From Felis catus (Eukaryota): DNA of 64,000 nucleotides. Position 1 is the stretch's first letter. Every line of letters starts with the position of its first letter. This document shows positions 50,941-62,950 of this stretch, piece after piece. Under the pieces are notes generated by a model, which was not told where the DNA came from, ran no database searches, and saw nothing but the letters and a program-made list of their open reading frames with translations. The stretch lies in assembly GCF_018350175.1 (NCBI RefSeq), contig NC_058373.1, positions 111,726,001 through 111,790,000 on the forward strand, given 5' to 3'. The translations under genes were made by a program, and so were the position numbers.

Positions 50941-51382
50941 CCAGGCATGGTTAGCTGCCAAAGTGATGCAATGCTTTTTTTAAATCAGTATTCTTCAAAA
51001 CAAACAAACAAACAAAGATTTATTATTTACTATATTTAAAAAAAATCATGCCTCATTGTCTGACCTTTGTTTGTTTGTTTGTTTTGTTGTCAGTATTTAA
51101 AAGACCTAGTTTGTGTGAATTTCCTAATATGTAGATCAAACTTTGAATGGACCCATCTAACTCAGGAGGATCTACGTTCCCTGAGCTGAACATGCCTCAG
51201 TGCTTTCTCCTATGCCAACTCTGGGCAGTGGTGACCTGCCCTAGCAAAGGAATCTTAGGTCTTTAGTCACACTAAAACAAATTTCTGGAAAGAAAATGCA
51301 ATGTATCAGACATAAAAAAGGTATGGAGGATAGATGATATGACGACCCTATATACTTTTTTAAAAAAATGTTTGGTACAGTA

Positions 51383-51549
51383 TTTTTTTTAAGTTTATTT
51401 TATTTATTTTGAGAGAGAGAGAAAGAGAGAAGAGAGAGAGGGAGTGCAGAAGAGCCCAGCATGGGGCTCGATCTCATGAACAGTGAGATCATGACCTGAG
51501 CTGAAATCAAGAGTTGGACGCTTAACTGAGTGAGCCACCGAGACGCTCC
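51383..51549 (-). mobile_element. Can-SINE (internally shortened)
   Basis: 'gagatcatgacctgagctgaaatcaagagttggacgcttaactgagtgagccacc'. Confidence 0.9.
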
Positions 51550-51559
51550 TGACACACGT

Positions 51560-52200
51560 ATTTCTATGGAAGATCCATGCTCTTATCACCCAGCTTTGCC
51601 CACTTCACATTTTGCTTTACTTTCTTCAAACACGTGTTCCCATAAATAAACCAGGATAGAAAAATTGTATAGCCCTCCCTGACCCATCCTTTTCCCCCTT
51701 CCCCAAAGATAGCCACTGTACCGAATTTAGTGGTTTTTATTCCCATAAACATTTGTATAGTTTTTACTATATAATGTATCCATACACAAGTTGGTCTGCC
51801 ATATTTTAAACCTTATATAAATGGTATTGAGTGGTGTGCATTTTGCTGCAAATAGATTTGATTTACCATGTTGACACCTGTAGTTCTGGCTCATTTAACT
51901 ATTCGATAGCATGCACAGTGTGCTACAGTTGTGTAGTAGAGAATGGTAGGATAGTGTCACTTGTAGAGTAGCAATTGTGTGCTATAGGGGCTCCGATTTT
52001 ATCTATTCTTTTTCTGATGGACATTTATGTTGCTGTTAACTATTATGGACAATGTCAAAGTGAACTTTTTTGGTCAATTTCTTCTGCCGTGTGAGGATTT
52101 TATGTCTCTAGCAATGGACTTTGGGGCATAGCATATATAAATCTTCAGCTTTAACAGCTAGTGCCAAATTGTTCTACAAAGAAATTGCACCGGTTCCCAT
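51560..52200 (-). mobile_element. Old L1M 3' fragment
   Basis: 'ttatataaatggtatt...ctgatggacattta...tgccaaattgttctacaaag...ttgcacc'. Confidence 0.6.
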
Positions 52201-52678
52201 AACCACTTCTTGAATATTCCAGCAAGTTTTCCTTGTGTGGCCTCAAATTTAAAAGCAGAAAATGGAAATACAAGCCAAAGAAAGAAAATAGCTTTGAGGA
52301 CGCTTTTAATTATCAGTGGAACCTACGTCAGACTGTTCGTTTTCCAATCTGAAGGCATTTCTCCCATGTGACCACCTCCCTTCAAATACAATCAGTGCAT
52401 ATGGGTTAAGCTCTGGTGTTGAGGCATCTGGGGGTGGGAATATAACACCGTTCATGCAAAAGGACTTCTTCACTGAGACTTTAAAGAATAAATGGGAAGC
52501 TAAGACAGAAACTATAGATGAAAGTTAATTATTTAAATAACACTTTAACAGAAAGAGAGAAAAGATATCACTGGATAGTGCTGATTCATCATTGAATGAG
52601 TTGTGCCTGCATTAATTCTATAGGAGTTCTCAAGATGGGGAAGTCAGAGTCTGTGTGATTCCAATTTGCCATAGAATG

Positions 52679-52691
52679 GTTTCCTAGCAAC
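52679..52691. promoter_or_regulatory. RFX X-box-like motif
   Basis: GTTTCCTAGCAAC resembles the RFX imperfect palindrome; motif match only. Confidence 0.35.
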
Positions 52692-53882
52692 CATCACTAG
52701 ATGAGAATCAGCTAACTCTGCTTTTTGAAGCAGACTTTAGTCTGTTAGAAAAACGAGTTAAATAAATGCCAGCTTAAAGTAGAATTTGATCACATAAAAA
52801 TACATTTGAAATATATGAATTTTGAACAAAGATCTAAAGTGGTTTCCTTTCCCAGAACCTAACAAAGGTGGGTGTATGGAAGTAGAAGGGGCACCCAATT
52901 TAAGGAGTTGGGCATCTGACTTTTCCCAGGAATTGGGGTTGGACACTGATGAGCGAAGAGACAGCAGACAGACTGGGGGCGGGGCAACAGGGTTCCGCTG
53001 TTGAATTACGGAAGTGAGCAATTTCCTAGGCACACCTGTCCCAGGAAGTCTTACAGTTCTTACAGCTATAGGTGGGGGAGATTAGCTATTTGGTCATTAG
53101 CCCTGGAGATTCGCTCCACATCACCAGCTTCTACTTTGTCCCTGGAAGTTAGCCCCAAGGGACTAACCTCAATTTCCTGATGTAGAAAAACAAGGTTAGT
53201 CCATTTCTATTTCTCTTATCACCTCTTGTGACCTCTGATGGTGACTGTCTGGTTGGAGAAGGGAAGATCTTGTGGGCATTCCCAGGAAGAAGACCCATGT
53301 GGGGCCAGTTTATGTATTTCGAGCTTTGTGGCCATGGCACCCAATAGAACCTGACAGAGGAAATGGTCACCACTGAAGGACAGAGTTTTCAAAGAAAATT
53401 CTTTCAGCTAGAACCATGTCAAGAAGACATTTCTTAGGCCTTCAAATAGAAATGGAGACTCATAGAGTTCTAGACTTGGAAGAGACTTTTACAGATCAAA
53501 TATATAGACTATAAAGAAAACAATTCTGCCTTGCTGTTCAGAGTTACATTTGTACCCAACTTCGCCTGAAGAGGAAACTACGTCTTTACCTTCCTCCTTT
53601 GTACAAAACAAATGCTATCAGATACTCTCAAAGATACCTATAAAATAAGGTACGGTTTTTTTTCTGTAAAGCTTTGTCAATAAAGTTGAGAATAAAATAT
53701 AAATGAAGAGATCATGAAAAAATTCTTATTATTCTTAAAATCACCCAAGGTTCGAGGTTAAGATAAATCTAGAGCGGATACTAGAATTCTGTTAATGACA
53801 GATCATTTTAGTGCAATTTTCCAGCACTGTAATTTCTGCTCATATCAAATGTTACTGAAAGCCTTTACAAATCAATCGAGCT

Positions 53883-54070
53883 GGGGCTTCTGGGTGGCTC
53901 AGTCAAACTTCTGACGCTTGATTTTGGCTCTGTTTGTGATATCATGGTTCGTGAGATGGACCCCCGCGTCTGGCTCTGTGTTGACAGCGCGGAGCCTGCT
54001 TGGGATTCTCTCTCTCTCTGTGTCCCTCCCTGCCTCTCGAAGTAAATAAACTTAAAAAAAAAAAAAAAGA
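53883..54070 (+). mobile_element. Can-SINE
   Basis: Head 'ggggcttctgggtggctcagtc', (CT)n, 'aataaacttaaaaaaa'. Confidence 0.92.
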
Positions 54071-54319
54071 AATCAAAGCTATGCTAATTTGAGAAATTTA
54101 TTGACAAGTATTTTTTTCAAGATAGTGGACTAAGTCATACAATTACCCTTTAGTTGTTCCTTGACATCATTCTTTGATATACCAATTCTTATTAAAAGGA
54201 ATTAATTTCTTTGAATGTAATTAGGGTGACAGATATACAAAAATGTAAGATTCCAGCCCCACCAAAGCTGGTGGGTCTTCTGGTTTCTGACACCAAAATT
54301 AAGCTTACTCTGGTGGATG

Positions 54320-54474
54320 CAGTGGTGTATTGGGGCTGGTTCTCTTCCCAACTCTGTGTTCAGTGACAGGTTGGTGCCTTGGAATCAGCCACGGTGTGAG
54401 TATTTACACCACTAAAAGTGGCAAACACTACAGATCCGGGCTTTTATTGAAGAGCCAGTTGATCATCACAACTG
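54320..54474. mobile_element. MER63-like hAT relic
   Basis: Ends 'cagtggtgt' and 'cacaactg'; internal 'aactctgtgttcagtgac...gagtatttacaccac' recognised as MER63-like. Confidence 0.55.
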
Positions 54475-55258
54475 GGCAGATGTCACCTCTCTCATCACAG
54501 TGAATAGTGACTCCTAGGTCCACATTCCTTCCACTGCCATTTGCCACCCAGCTCATGTGTGCCCAGGGCATAGACTTAATTTTCCTATTGTCCAAGCAAA
54601 ATAGAATCAGAAAGGGAGTCTATAATCGTTTCTTCTTTAATTAAAAACAAATCTCAAAAAGTCTCATAGAATCCATTTCGCGATTGACTTTAAGTGTAAT
54701 ATTTAGTTTTGTGTGATTACCTATACCACTAGAAACCTCTGTTTCCAAGGATAATGGCAACATCTCTGGAAAGCCAATTCAATCTTCTTGAATATTCTTT
54801 ATTTACCTTTCACAATGGGCCCAGCCTAATGACCAGGCTGCCTGTTGGGGAGCAACTTTGATGCAACAGCCCTTCACAGACCCCCAGGGGACCAGAGAGT
54901 CAGAAGTGCCTTTGATTCATGCTGCTTGTTAGGAGCTTAGCTCCTTTAGTGCTAAGCATACTCCCTCCTGCTGGTTAAATCCCTTGCTTTTTCCTCTTGG
55001 CTGCACTAAGTATCCACCACATATGGGCAGTGTGCTAGGTACTGGTCTGTCAGGAAAACAGGAAGTGGTTCTTTTCACTAAAGCTGGGAGCCAATCCAGC
55101 ATGATATGGATTTAATGAGAGGTTAGAAAGAACCCAGGTGACAGGTGTATGAGGAGACATCTGTACCTGGTCCCACTGGAATGTCAGAAGTAGCTGATAC
55201 TGAGAGTTCTGTATAATGCCCAGTGTTCTTGCTACACTTTTGTTGCTGATATATTCTT

Positions 55259-55292
55259 AAAACAAAACAAAACAAAACAAAACAAAACAAAA
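55259..55292. repeat. (CAAAA)n microsatellite
   Basis: Directly visible. Confidence 0.9.
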
Positions 55293-56905
55293 AAACCCAA
55301 AAAATGCAATGAAAAATGTGCTGTCACTTGGACTTTGGGGGTAAGTCCCTTTAGGCAAAATAGGTATCAACCCACCCATCCATCCATCCATCCATCCATC
55401 CATGTGTCCCACAATAATTTATTAAACATTACAAAATCCTATGATCAAGTCTGCTCAGGTGCTATGGAAACCCCTTGCCTATGGGTAGACAGGGATCTTG
55501 GGGTTAGAGGGTACAGAAGAGGGTAGAGGGTCCACCTGCTATCGGCTTTTTCCCCCAGCATGCTGGTTGTTATGGAAGAATAAGAGATATTTTCCCATGA
55601 GGAGTTTATTACGGAGGAGGAGCCGCCATGTCATTTGTAGTGACAGGGTGAAGATGTTGATTTTATACCTTCTGCACATTCCACTCTCTCTAGGTTTTAA
55701 ACAAAGTGACTTAAACAAGAAAAAAAATTCAGAAGGTATAAAAGGAAACCACTGATATCATCTTATAAGCCCTTCTTGGATCTTCCTTCCCAGCTCTGTT
55801 TCCTTGGGGGGGGGGGGGAGGAGAATGGCTGCAGCAGAACCACAGTCTCCTGCACAGCTCTGGGAATGTGTTTGCCCCTCATACCTGCTGACCTACCACC
55901 TTCTGGGAGTGCCGGGCTACCCCAGCCTCTCCATCCACCTGCAGTTGTATCAGTCTTTGTACTATGCTTACCGACTCAGAAAAACCCAAGCAGAAATCGT
56001 AATTTGGTGGAGGACACGTTCCACGAGTTGAGTCTCATGCTGTGTTGGTCCCATAGATGCAATTAGTTACCCAACAGCAGAAAGCTTGTTTTGTTGTTGG
56101 CAGGTACCTTGGCACATTACCCATAGAACAGATGGCTACTGGTTCCACAAATTAGATTTCCAGATGATTGTATACTAGTATGTCAACCAGCCACTCCTGC
56201 CTTGCCCTTCCTGCCTCCGAGATAAATTGGAGTGAGTCTATGTAAATGCACTGACCTCCTACCAATTAACCATTCCTGTGGGCGGGAACACAATTAGGAT
56301 AGGGTCTGAGGGAGGGCAAGGGCATCTGCTCCCTCAAAACATTTAATTAATCTTCAACGTGCATGTCTTCTTGCCCTTTCTCTCTAGTCCCCATTCCAGT
56401 ATTCCCAAATGTTCTATGTACTGACCTGACAGCACCTGGTCTCCCTTCAGTCTGCTTTGATGACCAGGTTGGGAGGGATTCCCTTGCCCCAGGTCTGTGC
56501 TTCTGATTCATATTGATGTCATGCAAATAAGAACCTTTCCCCATTGCTAAGGGGTGAAATAGGAGGGGCTTCTGTAGCAGACCTGCTTATCCGTTCTCTC
56601 CTGCCTCCATGCTTCCTTCTTAGAGGTAGTTCTTCTGCTGTGTATTCTCCCTTCCACCCCACTGGTGGTGGACTCGGAAGATTGTCCAGAAACCAATCAA
56701 ATCCCCTGTCTTGAAAAATGAAGAGGAAGGGATCAGGAAGCGGAATGGTGTCAATGCACAGGCACTAGGGTGAAGGTCTAGGCAGTCTTGCAGAGGGCCT
56801 CAGAAAGGACCTGTTTCAGAGTCTAGCTGGTCACCTTCTCTTTGGATTCCACTTAATCTGAACTTTTTGAATAAAATTCCTTTTAAATTTGCATGAATTG
56901 TTTCT

Positions 56906-57098
56906 TTAAAAATTTTTTTTAATGTTTATTTATTTTTGAGAGAGAGAAAGAGACAGAATGTAAGCCGGGAAGGGAGACATAGAATCTGAAGCAGGCTCCA
57001 GGCTCTGAGCCTTCAGCACAGAGCCTGATGCTGGGCTTGAACTCACAAACTGTGAGATCATGACCTGAGCCGAAGTTGGACGCTTAACCGAGTCAGCC
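56906..57098 (-). mobile_element. Can-SINE, head slightly degenerate
   Basis: Antisense SINE body; imperfect TSD gcatgaat(t/g)gttt. Confidence 0.93.
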
Positions 57099-57908
57099 TC
57101 GGCATGAATGGTTTCTATGCAGCCAAATGATTCCTCTCTGGAATGTCCCTCCACTCCATTTCCTTTCCCAAAGGAAAATCACAGAAACTATGTCACTGTC
57201 TTGGCTAAAACTATCTCCCAAGCCCTGAAAAGTCAGATGCCCATCCCTGTGCTAAGCAAAACATTCCTGAGCCAGAACCACAATCAAGTCCAATTATGAA
57301 TAGGTGGAACCTCATCTGAAGGCCTTTCACTTGTGCTCTACCCACTAGAGCAGCTACACAGCCCGCGGCTTGGAATGACACCAATGTTCTTTCCTCCAAT
57401 TGCCAAAGTAACAGTGACAAAGGGGCTGTACTTTTTTCCGTCTTGGTCTTGCCTACTCAGTGGTGTTTGGATAATCATACTAATTGGATTGGGTATAAAT
57501 AATACCCCTTGATTTCCTTGCTTTCATAAGAAAGTGGTTTAGAGTAGAGAGAAGCAGTGCCTCTTACGGCAGAAGTAGTTTGGGATATGGCCATTCCCCA
57601 GCAAGGATGCAGCTGGGCATAGACCCAGGGCCTGGCTTTGGTGGAGGAGAGGACCTGGAGTTGGGCCTACAAAACATCCAGTCAGCTGCAGAAGAGGTAT
57701 GTCCTTTTGGTTTTGATTATTTGCTTAGATTGCTTTTGCTGATTTGTTTTCTCACATTTTAAACAAATCTGTCTGGCAGGGGGTGCGCCAGGAGCCCATT
57801 GCACTCAGTCTTCCTGAAGGGGATGGTTGGCACTGTGACCAGGAGGAAAGTGACCTTCCAAACTCCCTGAACATGATGGGAGGGAAAGCAGAAGCATCAC
57901 TCACATTG

Positions 57909-58134
57909 TTTTTTTTTTTTAAATTTTTTTTCAATGTTTATTTATTTTTGGGACAGAGAGAGACAGAGCATGAACGGGGGAGGGGCAGAGAGAGAGGGAG
58001 ACACAGAATCAGAAACAGGCTCCAGGCTCTGAGCCATCAGCCCAGAGCCTGACGAGGGGCTCGAACTCACGGACCGCGAGATCGTGACCTGGCTGAAGTC
58101 GGATGCTTAACCGACTGCGCCACCCAGGCGCCCC
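57909..58134 (-). mobile_element. Young felid Can-SINE with TSD
   Basis: CpG-rich copy ('ggaccgcgagatcgtgacctggctgaagtcgg'); TSD gcatcactcacatt at 57894-57907 and 58135-58148. Confidence 0.97.
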
Positions 58135-60261
58135 GCATCACTCACATTCTTATATCAGGCTCTAGACTCGGGATCTTTGAAGCCAAGTCCTGGTCAACTT
58201 GACCAGTGGCTACTATCTGTTAACTGTTTAGAGACAGTCCGATGTGAACCACTGAGGAGCTGCTAGCCAGCCTTAAGCGGGACTTGGGGTAAAGCTGTCA
58301 CCATACTGTATTTGGCCAAAGGCACACAAAGGGTTAGTGACTGTGGGTGACGAGCGTGTCTCCCCCTGTATCACGTTCTTTTTGTATGTTTGGTGACCAG
58401 CTAGCTGCAAATGATGTCATGGTCAGGGATGTGCTAAGCCAAGTAAATAATCCCCTTTGGCCAGAAATGTGTGAGTTTGTGGTTTATATAAAGCAAGCCA
58501 GTGAGGTCTGGTCATAGGGAAGGGGCCAAGCAAACTGTGAAGTGATCATTTCCAGATGTGCCCAATTTCAGTATGGAGACAGTTACGTCATGCAATCAGG
58601 CTGGTGCCCCCATGACACAAGGCTAGCTGAGTCTGTGGCAGGAACTGGCTCTGATTCTCCTGGCCTGTTTTCATTTATCTTCTTTAACTTCAAGCTGACC
58701 TGTTGTTTTCTTCTTTGAAATCCCTAGGAGTTTATAGCCAGATAATTATGAAATTTAAATAAGCACGCACTTGGAAAATAGGGAAAAAATACCAAGACTC
58801 AGACCTCAGGCCAGGTTGCAGGCTACCACAGATCAAAAACAGTCTTCTCTGCACTTCACACAGTGGGGCTGTGTCTGATTGGGGGCAAGTGGCTTGCCCT
58901 GCTCCGCTTCTTGGTTGAGCAGCCACACTTGACCTTTTCTGGCATAGAAGTGCCTTTTGGCCTCAAATTCATGAGTCTTTGGAATGTTAGCAATTTAGAA
59001 AGGGTTTATCTCTTCAACTCACTACCTGAATGTGTAACAAAATCCTAATGGCATGATTAAAAAACATACAGCCAAGGCAAAAATACATCAAAGGACGAAT
59101 AAATCATAAAGTCTGCAGTAAATTCAGGAAGAGATGGTTTTATAGCAGAGTAACCAAGGCCCAGCCCCTCTTAACAGTTCTTTTCATGTAGTGCCACACA
59201 GTTTAGGACCGGCATGATATTGATATCTCCAAGGCCACATTAGGCCATTTGGTCAGGCAATGTTTTTTGGGTGTTTGCTTTATGAAAGGCATAGGATTAA
59301 GAGCTGAGTTGGGAGAGACAGAAAGGAATCTGAAGGCCTGGTTTTTGTACTCACAGAGTTTGCAATCTTACTGGGAGATAGAGCTACAGGTCAAACAACT
59401 TAAAGGTAGTTCTCTGAAATCTTAAATTACAAAGTACCAGTGGGGGGCCATGGAGGGGGAGGGCCTGAGACAGTGAAAATCCATCCATCTTGTCTGGGAC
59501 ATTTCTCAAACATATTCTGTACTAAGATACATCCAGCTAAGTCCTGGATCTGGCCACAAAAATGTGAATGTCACATGAGGGTGTCTGATCTGCTGAGTTG
59601 CTCGAATTCCGACGGTGGTTTGTTAGATGTTCTAGCAACATCACCTGGGGACTTTCGCCAGTGAGACTGTTAACCAAGAGCTCAGTGTTACCAAATTCTT
59701 TTCTCTTTGAAGTCTTGTGAGATGAGATTCTCTTCCTTGCCTCATTGTGATTGGATGGATTATACACCAATAAGTTGCTGTCACCCTTTTACCAAGAATG
59801 TGTGGGAGTTTAGTGTTCTTGTTGGGTATAGGGTAATCACATATCTGAACGTATGTGCATGGGAGAGAGAGTATATGTGTATGGTAAAGGGTACGGATTT
59901 GAACACTTATGTATATTTCCTGTATGTGACAGGATAAATGACCCCAATAAAACGTGAATATTTAAATTTTCAACACTACCCTCATGTGGCTTTTTACTTC
60001 TTCCTGTGTTCTTAGTTGGCAATTCAAGGTAACTGGACCCCACACGGGCATTGGCTCTTCAATTCTGGCCTCATGAGCCAACCAGCCAGGCTCCCAGGAG
60101 GTTCTATTTATTTAACTAAGTGAATAACATGCTTTGCCTCTTATTTTTTAAAGTACCCTTTCATTAAAACAGCTAATCACATGCATTTTCTAAAACTTTA
60201 TTGCCGACTCTTAAAGATGGCTGAATTTTAGAGCAGTAATTAAGAAAACAATTAAGAACCT

Positions 60262-60680
60262 ATGGGGTATTATGCTAAGTGAAATAATTCAGACAGAGAG
60301 AAACAAATGGCGTGCGATTTCACTTATATATGGAATCTAAGAAACAAAACAAACAAACAAGCAAAACAAAACTTAGAGCAGATTGGTGGTTGCCAGAGGG
60401 GAGTGAGGTGGGGGTGGGAGATACGGGTGAAGGGCATCAAGATGTACAAACTTCCAGTTACAAAATAAGTCAAGGAGATGTCGAGCATGGTAACTATAGT
60501 CAATAATATTGCATCGCATATTCGAAAGCTGCTAAGAAAGTAGAGCTTGAAAGTTCTCATCGCAAGAAAAAAATTATAACTGTGTAGTGATGGATGGTAA
60601 CTAGACTTATTGTGTGGTGATCCTTTCCCAATATATACAAATAAGAAGTCACGTTGTACACCTGAAATTAACATGAACAA
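60262..60680 (+). mobile_element. L1 3' UTR fragment (L1MA/MB-like)
   Basis: 'ggtattatgctaagtgaaata..tcagacagag...tggtggttgccagagggg...ccagttacaaaataa...gttgtacacctgaaa'. Confidence 0.85.
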
Positions 60681-60999
60681 AAAAGACCAGTGTGACAGAT
60701 CAGAGTACATTTTGAGGAACAGAAAGAAAAAAAAAAAAAAGAACTTATTGGTCACGTGGTAGACCCATTTAACAAACCTTGGCATATTGTAAGGGGATAC
60801 TCTGTGAAGCTGGAGAGCCAAATCTAGGTCAAGCAGAAGGATGTATGTATCCTGCAGTGAGTATATGAAGTTTGCTATCCAGAGGAGATAGAATAAGCCA
60901 AAATGAGAAGAAATTAAAGTTTGGATTAGTTCTTGGCTTGCAGATTGAAGAATAGGGAGGAAAATGAAGATTGGACACATAGGACTACCCTATGTAGTG

Positions 61000-61695
61000 T
61001 GTTTGTTTTGTTTTTTTAAGATAATTTATTGTCAAGTTAGCTAACATACAGAGTATACAGTGTGCTCTTGGCTTCTGGAGATTCCCATGATTCATCACTT
61101 ACATGCAACACCCAGTGTTCATTCCAACAAGTGCTCTCCTCAATGCCCATCACCCATTTTCCCCTCCCTCCCACCCCCCATCAACCCTCAGTTTGTTTTC
61201 TGCATTTAAGAGTCTCTTATGGTTTGTCTCTCTGTTTGAAATGATTTTTTTCTCCTTCCCTTCCCCCATGGTCTTCTGTTAAGTTTCTTAAATTACACAT
61301 GAGTGAAAACATACAATATCTGTCTTTCTCTGACTGACTTATTTCACTTGGCATAATACCGTCCTGTTCCATCCATGTTGTTGCAAATGGCAAGATTTCA
61401 TTCTTTCTCATTGCTGAGTAGTATTCCATCATATATATACCATGTCTTCTTGGTCCATTCATCAGTCGATGGACATTTGGGTTCTTTCCATAATTTGGCT
61501 ATTGTTGATAGTGCTGCGATAAACATTGGGGTACATGTGACCCTATGAATCAGCACTCCTGTATCCTCTGGATAAATTCCTAGTAGTGCTATTTCTGGAT
61601 CATAGGGTAATTCTATTTTTAATTTTTTGAGGAAACTCCAAACTGTTTTCCAGAGTGGCTACACCAGTTTGCATTCCTACCAACTGTGCAAGAGG
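61000..61695 (-). mobile_element. Carnivore L1 3' end (ORF2 C-terminal remnant plus 3' UTR), 5'-truncated
   Basis: Frame 61217-61462 reads 'IYMMEYYSAMRKNEILPFATTWMEQDGIMPSEISQSEKD', the L1 ORF2 C-terminus; T-rich tail near 61000-61018. Confidence 0.93.
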
Positions 61696-61739
61696 ATAGA
61701 ACTATAATATTTTAATTTAATTAATAATATTTAATATTT

Positions 61740-61956
61740 TAATTAAAAAATTTTAAACATTTATACATTTTTTGAGAGACAGAGACAGAGCATGAGTAGG
61801 GGAGGGCAGAGAAAGAAGGAGACACAGCATCCAAAGAAGGCTTCAGGCTCTGAGCTGTCAGCACAGACCCCTATGCAGGCCTCGAACTCACGAACCATGA
61901 AATCATGACCTGAGCTGAAGTCAAATGCTTAACCGACTGAGTCACCCAGGATCCCC
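61740..61956 (-). mobile_element. Can-SINE
   Basis: Antisense SINE; direct repeat actataatatttt at 61701-61713 and 61960-61972. Confidence 0.95.
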
Positions 61957-62599
61957 AGGACTATAATATTTTTAAACATGAAGTTGCTAAGTTTCTGTAT
62001 CCCTCCCTCAGAAAAAATAGTCCTTAGGATCAAGTTGGGGGAAAGAATGACGGACCGATCTAATTCAGGATTGGAGGTCCTTTGTATGGGGTGGGCAGAA
62101 GCTCTCTGCATCAAGGTGCTATATAATATTACCATGACTTTGTAAAGACGATTATACCTCCTGTCGTTGGAGTGGCTTTTACTCTGCTTACTTCTGGCTC
62201 AGTGAGGACCCACAGTATGAAAGGCCTGAAGAGTTTGTGTGATTGAAATGGCATTAAGAAAAGCCCAGAGACTAGAATAAGGGAGAGGAAAGCCCCAGTT
62301 CCATCCTCTTCTTGATAGATCACTTCTGGAATGATCTTTCTAAAAATGCAAGTTGGGGTTACAACTTTGAGACATAATGCCCAAACAATTATGGGTACTT
62401 CGTCCACATTCTAGCGTTCTCAAAGTGGCTACATATGTGGCCTCCATACAAATCTATAGTTCACAGTCATCCCCATACTGCAGATGAGAAAACTGAGACC
62501 CAGAGAGGGTAATAGGCTAGCCAGGAGGTAGAGGTTCCAGAACTTAAATACAAGCTCTCTGGTTCCAGGACTGACATTTTTCTACTGTATCAGGAACTG

Positions 62600-62950
62600 A
62601 ACTGCAAGAAGCCCAGAGGCAGGAGGCCAGGACTGAGTATTCTGGAAGCCACATTCCAGAAGGAGCTTTTGAAGAAACTGGGGATGCTCAGCCTGAAATA
62701 GAGATGCTTTTATGGGCCCTGTCATATTTGAAACCTGTCATGTGGAAGACAGAGGAGGCTTCCTTACAGCTCTGGAAGGCAGAACTAGGTCTAATCGATT
62801 GAAATTATGTATGAAGCTGGAGAATGAATAGAAAACTGTGTCTGAAAGAGTGACAAGGGTTGAGCCACAGAACTGTGTCCAGATAGGTCAACGAAGCAAC
62901 GATCCCAGAGCAACAGAGAGCCATCCCAGTCTCCTGGGCAGGTGGCACAG
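62600..62950 (+). mobile_element. L3/CR1 LINE relic
   Basis: 'ttgaagaaactgggatgctcagcctgaaa...ctgtcatgtggaagacag...ggaaggcagaactagg' resembles the CR1/L3 3' region. Confidence 0.55.

Noticed and set aside
60324..60980. 218-aa hydrophobic ORF
   Set aside because: Largely antisense to an L1 3' UTR and a poly-A run; non-ATG start and no recognisable domain
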